This document shows positions 50,979-62,974 of a DNA stretch of 64,000 nucleotides, piece after piece (the stretch's first letter is position 1; every line of letters begins with the position of its first letter). A program made the translations under genes and the position numbers. Under the pieces are notes generated by a model, which made no database searches, was not told the origin of the DNA, and saw only the letters and a list, made by a program, of their open reading frames with translations. The stretch lies in contig CM119372.1 in NCBI GenBank assembly GCA_051294905.1, positions 32,986,001-33,050,000 on the forward strand, read 5' to 3'. The stretch is from Botryllus schlosseri. Lineage: Eukaryota.

Positions 50979-53033
50979 ATGAAGTTATTTTGGCTACGAA
51001 AAAGTAAAGAGGACACTCGCACCCTTCGCAAAAACACCCAACTGATGAAGACCACTCAACAACGGCAGCTAACGACTCGGGCTAATGAAGGTCAGCTGAC
51101 AGCACGTGTCCAGCATCAAACAAAATTCGTGAAAAAGGTGACGTCCATTCTACATAAGACGGCAAAACTATTCAAAAAAGCCAGAAAAGACGTCAAACAA
51201 GCGACAACTTATTTGACTACCGTCCGGAAAGTGAGTACCAAAAATATTGCCGATTCGCTTGAACCAATCTTAAGGAGCCAACCAAAATCTGGAGTGGCCA
51301 GGAGTGAAATCATACACCGGGTTGCAAATCTGTTAGAAATGCCGACGCCGGCAAAAGTCAAACCAGTAACACCTCTTCCGAAGTGTGGGTCCCGTCAGTC
51401 GTCGCCCGAAGTCACAGAAGATATGAAGTTGGGATCTGGAAATCACCCAACACCACGGTCAATGACAGAAAGAGTGTCACTCAATGCGAACGCAAATCCT
51501 CACATTGTACAGGGGACTTTCTGTACGCCCCTCGATCGAGAGAAGGTGCCACAGGTAGTATTACCTTCTCAGCGTCCAAAAATGATCGATAAAAAACAAT
51601 TTATTACTGCGGAAGAAACAATATTGATATCACCCAGTAATAGGCTGATTATTTGGTGCATGATAGCTGTTTTCCGATATATGTTACATGTGGATACAGT
51701 AGCTGATAGTATTTTAGAAAATGTCGTAGGCCTACATTGTCCACTGCTGATTCCCATGAAGTCGAGATAAAAAAGAATTATACTTTTCAATTCTATTTAG
51801 AATGTTTGGGGAAATCAAAGATTCTGATGAATGTAATTTCGCAAAGCTTTTTGGGGGTGAATTGATGTACCTAGTCGATATGAATACTAATGTAAATTTT
51901 TTAGCAGATACAGGAAGCGTGCCAAATTTGATGATGTCGTCAACGGCGAAATTGGTTTATCCCTATAGTTGGCGAAGGCGGTGTTCATTGCGTATGAATT
52001 TACAAGGTATAGGTGGGTCGTCACAGGTTGAGTCATTGATATATATAGAAATTGATGGGGTTTCAATTCCTTTTGCGTGTGGTAATGTCCCGTTAAATAT
52101 TATTGGATATCATTGGATAGACAAGGTTATACCGCTGCCTTCAATTGATACGGTGTTAAAGAGCTGGCTCAGTCCGAAATAGGTGTTCCGTGTTCATTGT
52201 CGACACATGCCGTAATAGAATATGATGGTGAAGGGTGGGAAATAAAAACTTTGGCCAAACAAGGAAATAACGTGAAAAACAGCAATCGCGAGGCTGTTTC
52301 GAATGTTAGGTCGTTAGAAATTGGAAAGTCGCACCCGTGCCAATTTAATAGTGACAGCGCCGTTAGGATATGCGCTGAAAATATTGGTGAAATGCAGGCA
52401 CGAAATTTGGTCACATTCGGTGTAAAATGTGAGTGCGACGGGTTGAAAAGTTTTAGGGCGCAAGATCTTTTCAATCCAATAGGCCCCGAAGTGGATGTTG
52501 ACGTAAGCGTACCGAAGCATCAAAAATCTCATAGTGGAGAGTTATTTGCCTCGTTTCTAACGACAAATAAAAGGCCAAAATATTTCCCGCGAAAGGTATT
52601 CGATGGTCCAATAACGGAATATGTGTTGCAAAATGAATCGGATATAGAGGTTAGATTGGAATTGGAAGAGCTTCGTAAGCAATCCGTATTGCTGTCAAAA
52701 GCGCCATTCCAACAGCCCGATCTTAATGACGACGCCAATACTATTATAGACGAAAAAACATGGAGAGCGGTGTATGAGCCGTTTGCCACAGAATTGGAAG
52801 ATCTTGTCGGGCATTTGCGGGGGAAACAAGCCATGAAGTATCCATGTAAAATAGAACTAAAAGATGAATCGATCCCTCCATTCGTGTGTTCACCTTATAA
52901 TTTGAGAGGGATAGAACAACTGAATGCAGCGATGAAGCCAATAACCAGAGTTTCACAGTTAAAAAAAATGCGTGGTGTATTAGGGAATTATATAAAACAA
53001 CCTACCCTTTTAAAAAAAGTGGGGGGAGAGTGA
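50979..53033 (+). mobile_element. Internally deleted Gypsy-like LTR retrotransposon: gag-like ORF, aspartic protease, start of RT region, polypurine tract
   Basis: Protease FLADTGS...LQGIGG...NIIG (51802-52182); pre-RT motif CKIELKDESIPPFVCSPYNL; PPT AAAAAAAGTGGGGGGAGAG at 53012-53030 followed by TG. Confidence 0.7.
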
Positions 53034-54123
53034 TGGCCGTCTAGGTATGGTCATGCGATAGGAAAAACATCTGAATAGGATTGCTACAAACGTAATGAGA
53101 TTCTATATAAAATGATTTGACTCGCAAATGTTCTATACGTCCAGACCGAAGGGTAAATTGATAGGAATGTATCATCGACATATTTAGTTCACTACTAAAC
53201 GTGAAGACAAAACTGGAAATCGACCGAAGGCCTTACATTTGAAATCGCAATAAGAAATGCTCGAATTGGGATTATATAGTCAATTCCCGATCCATACCTC
53301 ATTTTAGGCTAGGACTCAATCACAGTGCATTGTTAAAATTGATGGAATGAAGTGATTTATTGTATGGTTATATAGTACCGTATATATATGTATATAGTAT
53401 ATAGCGAATAACGCAAAATAGAGTTTCTGAGTGTCCTATTGTTGTACATAATGGTAAATATGAATGGACTATCTGAGTAGCATAATGCCGCAACCTTTTA
53501 GTGTATAATTTAGATCTGCAAAGCGAAAATTGGTACAATTCTGATGCCCTGGAGATTGGCTAATATTCGGTGGATTGTTAATTTAAAATGAGGGAAGCTC
53601 TTGTGAAAAAATATCCATATGCTCGGTGATTAACTGTCGGAAATATGAATCATATGAAGCTGCGATCATGCATGAGATCATGCGATCATTTGTATGACAC
53701 TGTCGTCATAGGCTATAGTGTGCACCGTGACAACAGATATGCGGGCGGAAAATGCACATGCTCCTATATCCTTGGCCTTGCATTTCTACGAGTCACGTTG
53801 CATCGTGCATCAGCCCCCATAAATGATTACTGCGTGGCTCCAGCAATGCTCAGAAGTGTATAAAGTAATACCATTCTTACTGAATCATATACCACTACAT
53901 ACCAATTAGTGAGTAGACGAAAATGTGATTTTGAAAATGTAAATAGCAAATATTAGGTTACACTTCAGTATTATAATTCAAGTAGTGCAGCTAACAGAAC
54001 CACAACGGTATCTAGATATCCCTGGACATGCCAATTACTGTCTGTATTCCTTGACCAAACGTGTTGATATTGGCATTCACCGTTCGTCCAGTTAAATCGG
54101 GTTTGCACGTTTACACCATATCA
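53031..54123 (+). repeat. Possible 3' LTR of the deleted Gypsy-like element
   Basis: Starts with TGATGG directly after the PPT. The right boundary is a guess, and no 5' LTR partner was found. Confidence 0.3.
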
Positions 54124-54530
54124 GCTAATCTAATCAGCAAGACAGGAGAGAGCCGACTCAAGCTCGGCGATAAATGGGCAACAAACAGCTAACACTAAAC
54201 GACGAACCACTTGTAATACTAAACGGCGGCCCGAGAGGAACCACCGAGGCCCCGACGACGAGGAGGACAAACAAAGGCACAATCGCTAAAATTGACATGG
54301 CAGAAAGAGCGACCCGCGGGCGTAACAGGCGGAACTCGCAACACTAAACGTCAGACCAAGAGTCAGGTGAGAGTGGAGTAGAAAAAATTTCCGCAAATCT
54401 AACGACAGACCGCAGACGGCAGAACTGGCGCAACTATCGCAACTCCTATTCCTCAAACGGTTTTTCTCTTGGACCACTTTTTGAAGTTCTTACTTCATTA
54501 CAATATTTTGTCACTTAAAATATAATTTTG
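54124..54530 (-). mobile_element. Possible BEL/Pao LTR-end and leader fragment
   Basis: Minus strand ...AACTTCA AAAAG TGGTCC resembles an LTR end plus PBS, followed by a GC-richer leader. Confidence 0.3.
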
Positions 54531-54547
54531 TGAAGTAATGTAATTAT

Positions 54548-56799
54548 TAGGGCAATTTTTATATGACCCTAAAAAATCAATAATATAACTTTATTTTTTG
54601 GAAAATATGACTTTATATGACTTTATATGACTTTATGTGAAAATCGTGTATTTTTACATGCGAGCAACGTCACTCACGGAAGTAAAGAGTAAAACATATG
54701 CAACATAACAGTAATGCACATCCCATGTTATTTTAAACCAGTGGTTCCCAACCTTTTTCGACTCATCGCCCCCTTTTCAAGCTCCGCTCCGATCATCGCC
54801 CCCCAAATATTGGGAGCCGAAAAATAGGCATACAAACTGTAATCGCCGACGATTTGACCTAAAAAAGGTCATTTCTCCGACTTGACTCAAAAGGACCGTA
54901 ACAGCAATTCGTCAGCCCCCAAAACGTGTGTCTTTGGGCCCCGATATGGTGATAAACCAAACGTCTGGGGGGCTTTGCCCCTCAGACTCCCTCCCCCGAT
55001 ACCTCTTTACCGCTACTTCTCAGCAAAAACTATTGGACTCTTTAGTTAGTTAGTCGGCTTAATTCGCGTGAAACGCGACAAATTTCTATCATCCATGATT
55101 GGATCGGTCAATATGTTGGGGAATTGCATATATATTGCTGTCAATTTTTTATCCTCTCTCTGCTCATGTATTCAGATTTACCGGTAGAGCTGAGTGAGGT
55201 GTCTTGGAAAATGTAGGATCCGTAATTATTAATTAAAAATATTCTGGCGGACATGTGGGTATAAAGACTTCGTTAGGTGATGGCATTTCGTGGCATGTCT
55301 GCTATGTCAAAAGATATTCAAATCGCCCATACGTACTGAACTAAGAGACGAACACGATTTAGAATTGTTATTTCTGCACTCACAATTGATTTTTCTCTGC
55401 GGGATGGCATTTGTCTTGTGGGATTCTGATTGCCAGGACAGGAACATTTGGCGCCAGCGATTTAGGGGCCTATGGACAATTACACATATATGTGTATCAT
55501 ATATGGTACATATATCGAAGTCGGTCAGCATAAAGACAGTGCTTTTCCGCCAAGGTTTTCTCGTTCTGGCACACTTCTCGAAGTCGCATGTTACATGGCC
55601 TGAAATTTCATATGCCTTGCTGCGTCATGGCGTGGTAATGGCTGAGCGATGCCTTTTTCTATATCTCATGCGTATTATTTCTTGGGTGACGGTTATCCAA
55701 TAAGCAAGAAATGTGACATCGCTAAATCGCGCGCAGCGCGAAAATATTTTAAAAAAGTTGCATAAATTTCCCAACTATTACTCTAATTCATGTTAATTCA
55801 TGAACAAATTTTGGGACCCTTCGAGCTCGGGCCTCCCATCCCAATTGGGGGTTTGGGGTGCGGTAATTGCGGTCCTAGACTCCAATATAGCGGTTTCAAC
55901 GCGCCATCGCCCCCTATCGCCCCCTTCGTCCGTTTTCGCCCCCCTATCGCCCCCTTCGCTATTTTCGCCCCCCTGGACCGCCAAATCGCCCCCTGGGGGG
56001 CGATATCGCCCACGTTGGGAACCACTGTTTTAAACCATTGTTGTAGTACAGTTTCATGTAGTGTGGAATGTTAGAGTCTTTGAAGTTGGACGTAAAATGA
56101 CTTTAGTAAGGAAAATGAGCGCTCCACAGACGCTGATGTGGGTTGACACTTCTGCAGTTTTGCATTAAGCGCTGGTGAAATGTCTTGTCTTTGTAGCTCC
56201 ATAATTTGTTTCACATCGTTTTTGTCCAATCGCTTCTTAGTGTAATTTTTGAGCTAAGCGGATCTTTTCCGATATCAAGGTCATTTAGATCAGCATGGGT
56301 CTCTTTGATGGTGTACGTCGGTACAACTTTCCATTTTGAGTAATAAACTTGAAATATTGTGATAGTGGAGGTATATTTCTGTTAACTGATTAGTCAACTT
56401 TGGATCGTTGACTGAATTTTTGACTCTAATAAGTCCTTCACTTTCCTATGCATTGACTATTTCTTTCACTTGTGGAAGTCTCTCGGCATAATATTGAGCA
56501 GTATTCAACCAGCTACCCCAACGACTAACTACCTTAGTTTCTTATAGTGCTTAATTTCTTCACCGCCTAAATTGCTACTTTTTATTTAAAGTATTCAACG
56601 ATATGACTTTATAACTCAAAAATATGACTATATAACTTAATAAGCTGATTTATGATCTAACCAGCAAAATATGACTTTATATGACTTCATAACTTTTTTA
56701 ATATAGGCTACATACATCATAGGGATGCGGTTCTACCGTTAAAATTGATTTCACGAATTACTGGTGCATAAAAAATATGACTATGACTTTATGGCCCTA
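54548..56799. mobile_element. Non-autonomous hAT element with ATATGACTTT subterminal repeats
   Basis: TAGGGC...GCCCTA ends; TSD GTAATTAT/GTAATTAA. Confidence 0.8.
54739..56027. mobile_element. hAT-Charlie-like MITE with ATCGCCCC repeats, nested in the previous element
   Basis: CAGTGGTTCCCAAC/GTTGGGAACCACTG; exact TSD TTTTAAAC. Confidence 0.9.
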
Positions 56800-56905
56800 G
56801 TAATTAATTATGCAACGTCTAGTCCCGATTTAATTTCAAATCTTTCAACCCTGAAATAGTATTGATCTACTGAAAAAAATATCGCCTTAAATTGACTACA
56901 GGTAT

Positions 56906-57243
56906 AGGGTTACCATACGTCCTCCTTCAAAATGATTTGTCTTCCTTTTTGAGGTTTCTGAAAATGTACTCCGAGTAGCCTATGCCTAAATGTCCTCCTT
57001 TTTGACAATTCGTCCTCCTTTACAGCTTTTGGAGCTAAGATGAGAGATAGATTCGAGTGAAAATGGGTATATCTAAACATAAATCTAAGCATAAATGACG
57101 CTAAACAGGAAACGTAAGTGACGACCTTTTTTAGCCAACCAACCACAACTTCGTGGTAAATTGTTTTCCAGATTTTACTCCAGTATTGTAAGTCTGAAAA
57201 TTTTGAAAAAGTGTCCTCCTTTCCCAATTCCAAAGTATGGTAT
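56906..57243. mobile_element. hAT-Blackjack-like MITE or fragment with GTCCTCC repeats
   Basis: Left end TAGGGTTACCATAC; partial right end GTATGGTA. Confidence 0.55.
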
Positions 57244-57249
57244 GTGGGG

Positions 57250-58820
57250 TTAGTCGATATACTTCAAAATAATCCGAGTAGTGATCAACTGTAATCAAAT
57301 AATGTTGCCCTTCAAATTCACTTAAATCGCTAACGATTATTTGCCAAGGACGACCTGGTACCAGATGTGAAATCAAACTTTCCTTTTGTTGTTTGGGTTG
57401 GTGCAATAGCCACATGTGGGACAGCTTGATACGAAGTCCGTGATATCGTTAACCATGTCGGGCCAGTACAAACATTCACGAGCCCGGCGTACACAACCTT
57501 GAATTCCAACATGACTGGCATGAAGTCGCTTGAGAATATAGTGCCTTTTATGGACGACGGTACGACAATACGATGACCCTTCAGGACGATTTGGTCCTGA
57601 AATGTCAATTCCTCTTTAAAACAGTAGAAATTTCGAGTTGATTGGGGTACCAGCTTGGCTTCATTCGGCCATTCGGATTGATTGATCATTCGGCCACCCA
57701 TGCTTTATAAAAGAGATTAACGTGTTCACTGTTCATGACAGAATCAGAGATTGTTGCCTGGCTGACCATGCCGAGTGTGGAGCTTGATAACGGTATATCA
57801 TTTAACATGTCGATATGTTCAATCTGTTGAAAGATATCAAACACATCAGCAGTTTCAGTGTCTTTGGGTGATTTCGGAATGTACGCACGACTCAACGTAT
57901 CCGCCACAAATCCAGGCTTGTATTTCACCTCGAAGTCATACTTTTGGAGCTGAAGTAACATGCGCTGTAGCCTAACCATTTTGGTGCATTAACCAGACTT
58001 TTTTTGGTGGTCACTTCCAGAGATTTGTGATCGCTTTCTGCTGTTACAAATCTGCCATAGACATATAGGCTAACTCAAATTTTTCCATGGCAAAGAGAAT
58101 AGCAGCAATTCTTTTTCGATTTGCGCATAGTTGCACTCCGTTTTTGTCAACGCAAGTGAAGCATACGCAACAGGGTGAAAGTTTTGCAATGCACAGCATC
58201 CTAGCCCTTTTGAACTGGCATCACATTGCAGTAACATAGGCGCGTTTTTGTTGAAGTATTGTAAAACTGGCGCGCTGATCAAGGTTTGTTTTATTTTCTC
58301 AAAGCATGCCCCATGGAGGATTGGATCCCATAAGAAAGCGTTGACGTTTTTAGCAGTTCGCGGATGGGAGCGGTTATATCTGAAAGCCTAGGGGCAAAAC
58401 GCTGCAGAAAGTTTGTCATCGCTAGAATTCTCTGGACGCCCTGCTTATCTGTTGGAGGGGCATTTTTATGATGCCTTCAATCTTGCTCGATGAGGGTTTT
58501 AGTCCATCTTTTGAGATGGTATGGCTTAAGTAGGGCACTTCAGTCTGCAGATAGCGTAGTTTCGCTTTATTCATTTTAATACCTGTTTCTTGACAGCGTT
58601 ATAACTGTTCAAAGAAGTTTTTCATATTGTCCAGTCGCCTCTTCAACAATGTCGCCCACACCATAAATCAAGATGTCATCCGCCACGGGTGTGATTCCTT
58701 TCAGGCCTACCAGCGCTATCTTCAGTCTTCTCATAAACTTCTCTGGTGCTGGGCTGATTCCGAAAGGAAGTCGGAGCCATCTGTAACGACCATATGGAGT
58801 ACCGAATGTAGTTAGTGTGA
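57250..58820 (-). pseudogene. Decayed Ty3/Gypsy pol (RT, RNase H, integrase)
   Basis: TPYGRYRWLRLPFGISPAPE, VADDILI, LQCDASSKGLG, NYAQIEKELL, RLQRMLLQLQKYDFEVKYKPG and PWQII..D...YLITVDHYS in RT-RH-IN order, with many frameshifts. Confidence 0.92.
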
Positions 58821-61800
58821 CAAGCCGGGGTTTCCATAATGTTCTGTATTTTCCGTTTAGAAATTATCTGGCGCGTGGTAGGGCTGGTAACCGCGTGCGG
58901 ATTGAGTTGATCAGAGATGCCACTTCTGGGTTTTTCAACCCAGATCTGGGTTTTTTGAGCATCACCTGGGTTTCTGGGTTTTTATCCTTGAAATCTGGGT
59001 TTATTTTCAACATCCAGTTCGCCAGGTCAGTTTTACGCTCAAAATTAATTATCGGATTAGTATGGTCGCATTATCGTAAAATGCACGCACTTCAGTTCGC
59101 CATTGTTAATGGATTTTGCTGTTATTGTAACGACAGAGCGCTGATAATCTATTTCACTACTAAAATTTGAGTCTTCGGCTTGATGCGATGGCGCTTCATT
59201 CAATGGTAACTTCCAGATCGCAGAAAGTCATGTTCATGTAGGACGATTGCCAGTTGCGAACTCGGCACTTGATGAACTTGGTGAACAATTCGGCATGTAT
59301 CGATAAATATCATGAGTAGTATGTATGATCGGTCGCGAACTAGCGTGGGGCTCTTATGGGTGCGGTGGCGAGCGGCTGGGAAACCGGGGGTGGCGAGCGG
59401 CTCTTATTTCTTATGGGCGCGGTGGCGAGCGGCTATTGCGTCTTATGGCGGGGGTGGTGAGCGGCTCTTATGTCTTATGGCGGGGGTGGCGAGCGGCTAT
59501 TGTGTCTTATGACGGGGGTGGCAAGCGGTTCTTAGGTCTTATGGCGGGGGTCGCAAGCGGCTCTTATGTCTTGTGGTGGCACGGTAAACCTTTTCAGTAT
59601 AGTAATCGGTCGCATGCTAACGTTGTGGGTATAGGCTGCGGCGGTGACTCGTATGGAAAACTCGTGGTCGTGATTCGCCTTTTTTGCTATAGGCCGCGGT
59701 GATGATGTGCCTGTCATGTATTCTTACGGGATCTGTGATGAGTCGCCATGTGTTCTTATGGGTGCGGTGATGATGGTACCCTTTCAGATATAGGCTGCGG
59801 TGGTGGTGTGCCTGAAAACTCGTCCTGAACCGGTGACCCTTTCAGACCCCCCTTCCACCGACCGGTGCCTTATGAGTATAGGGATCTCTCGACCGGTGCC
59901 TCGAAACTCGTCTTGAACCGGTGACCCTTTTCGGTATAGGGATCACTCAACCGGTGCTAGTATAGCCATCTCTCGACCGGTAACCCTTTTCGGTATAGGG
60001 ATCACTCGACCGGTGCCGCGAAAACTCGTCTTGAACCCGTGACCCTTTTCGGTATATGCATCACTCAACCTGTGCTAGTATAGCCATCTCTCGACCGGTG
60101 TTGAATATGTATCAAGTAAATAGTCATGTGAATGAATCTTTGTTAATGTGTATATCGTGAAAACTCGTGGTCGTGACTCGCCTTTTTTACTATAGGCGGT
60201 GACGGTGATTCGCCTGCCGTGTATTCTTACGGGATCTGTGGTGACTCGCCATGTGTTCTTATGGGTGCGGTCGCATGCGGCTATTGCGTCTTATGGCGGG
60301 GATGGCGAGCGGTTATTGATGCTAACACGAAACCCGGGGTGGCGAGCGGCGATGATGTGGCTGTCGTGTATTCTTACTGAGTCTCTGGTGATTCGCCTTG
60401 TGTTCTTATGGGTGCGGTCGTGAATCGTACTTTCGGATATAGGAATCTCTCGCATGGTGTTGAATATGTATCAAGTAAATAGTCACGAGTATCGCTAAAC
60501 AGGAAATTCACTAAACCGCAGTGCAATGCGCGATTTTGAAAAGGATTATCGCGACCGCGTTTTGATATTTGTGACCCACTAAATACATCCGTTTTGGAAA
60601 CGCGACCTGATGTGGGGATTTCGAGCGCGCACTATCGTATCGATTATTACACTAATCCAGTCAGTACTATCACATTCAGGAGTATTCAGTATTCAGCAGT
60701 GACACAAAAGCGAGCAACAAATAACCGCGCTCGTAAATTAACACTTCAAAAAGTGTAAAATAGATTGCAAATCCCGCGATCGCTAACAAGATAATGTCTC
60801 GGACATAACCATTTTTAGCGACTTGGTGTTAAAGACATACCGATCACTCACAAGGCAATATTTCGGTAATTAGTTTGTCACAGAGCCGTCGCAGACGGTG
60901 ATTCGAAAACCAACAATTTGACACTTTCTGGTGGTCGCTATATGTTTTGACACTTCGAACAGTGGCTGACTTTAGTTGCGCGATAAGAATTATGAGAATA
61001 TTCAATCAAAGCCTATTCACATGAGTCTCGACTTTATCACGACAAAGTCAAATGAAGCGAAGCGGCTGACCTACTCTCACGCTTCAGTAGTAAAAGTCCC
61101 GGGATCTGCCGAGTGATTTGCAACTTGGATTTTCACATGACGCATTGGCAGCCGCTATCATCGTAGCACGATTTTCATATAAACGGAAGTAAAAATTGAT
61201 CCACCATGAACATAACAATGCAAAATGTGATAAATATAGAATAGAAGTACTAATATAAGTGTTTCTCTACTAGGATATACAATTAAATAGTATATTCATA
61301 TTGAAATGAACCCGAATATTTTCGGCTGACACTCGTCAGGGGTAATCGTCAGCAACTAGTAGGATATAGCTACTAGGATATAGCTTACAAAATTAGCAGT
61401 CTATCGCTTTAAGTCAATAGAAACCACATTCACCTCGAAAAAGTCATGTATGAATTGCGCTGAGGACTAGCGCGTCTACACCTTTTTCAAATTTCAACTA
61501 ATGTCATACAGGACCGTTTCCCGAGGACCACTCTGATTGTAATAAACTTATCTAAGATTCTATACCGTGAGATAAAAGCAAATTTAAATCTTTCTAGGTC
61601 CGACACGATGTCCAACTATCACTTTGAAATTGGCCATCAATACGCGTATATTGCGATTACCAGCCGCGCGTATGTACCGTTTTCAAAGTTAATTTAACGT
61701 CACCCAGAACAGTTTCCCGATGACCACTCTGATTTTAATTCACTCATCTGATTCTATACTGGGAAATAAAAGTAAATTAAAATCTTGCTAGGTTAGACAC

Positions 61801-62249
61801 GATGTCCAACTATCACTTTGAAATTGGCTTATCATTACGCGTAAATTGCGATTACCAGCAGCGCGTGTGTACCATTTTCAAAGTTAATTTAGTGTCACCC
61901 AGAACAGTTTCTCGAGGACCAATCTCGTTTTAATATACTCCAATGAACGTATACTGTGATATAAAAGTAAATTAAGACACTCCTAGGTCCGACACGATGT
62001 CCAACTATCACTTTGAAATTGGCCTATCAATACGCGTATATTGCGATTACCAGCCGCGCGTATGTACCATTTTCAAAGTTAATTTAACGTCACCCAGAAC
62101 AGTCTACTATGAGATGCCTACTATAGCCTACTGTGAGATGAAAGTAAATTAAAATCTTGTTAGGTTAGACACGATGTCCAACTATCACTTTTAAATTGCC
62201 GTATCATTACGCGTAAATTGCGATTACCAGCAGCGCGTATGTACCATTT

Positions 62250-62405
62250 TGAATTTGAAGTGAACCGATCATTAAATGACTTGGATTGTCGGCTAACCAT
62301 GAGCGGTAAATCGCTGTCCAAACACAGGATTTATCATGATTGCATTTACCGCTCATGTTTAGCCGACAATCCAAGTCATCAAATGATCGGTTCACTTCAA
62401 ATTCA
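62250..62405. repeat. Long hairpin with arms of about 60 bp
   Basis: TGAATTTGAAGTGAACCGATCATT...GCGGTAAAT / ATTTACCGC...AATGATCGGTTCACTTCAAATTCA. Confidence 0.95.
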
Positions 62406-62470
62406 TGTTTCAACATCGTGCCGGGCCTAGAATTGTCTAGAGTAGTCATCGGGAAACGGTTCTGGGTGAC

Positions 62471-62974
62471 TTTTTCATACCTGCTAAACATGTCCATTCC
62501 CATTACACGAGATCTTCGTCTAAAGGAAACGTCTACTTACCCCAACCCAATAGCAACCTAACTAAGAGATCTATCGACTACTCGGGACCTATCATCTGGA
62601 ATGCATTGCCATCACATATCCGTGAATTGCCTTATAATAGATTCAAAAAAGCCCTACTTGATCTCCTCTTGTCGTTACACTAACACTGTTGCCCTACCTC
62701 GCCCAGACATTGCTTCATTGATCATTTGCTACCATTTTTTAATTTTTTTTCTATTTTCCTTTCCTAACTAAACACTTTTTTACAGCCAGACTGTTCTGAG
62801 TCAAGTGTACCTGTTTGATGCTGGTGTGATTAGACTAGATGACCTTCACGGTCTTATCGATCATTCCTATCTAATACCGAATACTGTGTACGCATATTTT
62901 CTGTACCACCATCACTGCCGTTTGTTATGTATTTTGGTTCGATGAAAAATAAAGACTCTCTCTCTCTCTCTCTC
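62471..62974 (+). mobile_element. 5'-truncated CR1/L2-group LINE 3' end with a (TC)n tail
   Basis: VHSHYTRSS...YLP, then after a frameshift KRSIDYSGPIIWNALPSHIR...FKKAL*; 3' UTR, AATAAA and (TC)n. It interrupts a repeat unit between GTGAC and ACTAAA. Confidence 0.85.

Noticed and set aside
3833..59314. One giant composite transposon carrying the host genes
   Set aside because: The AGTAGT termini face so that the element bodies extend outward, and no TSD encloses the block.
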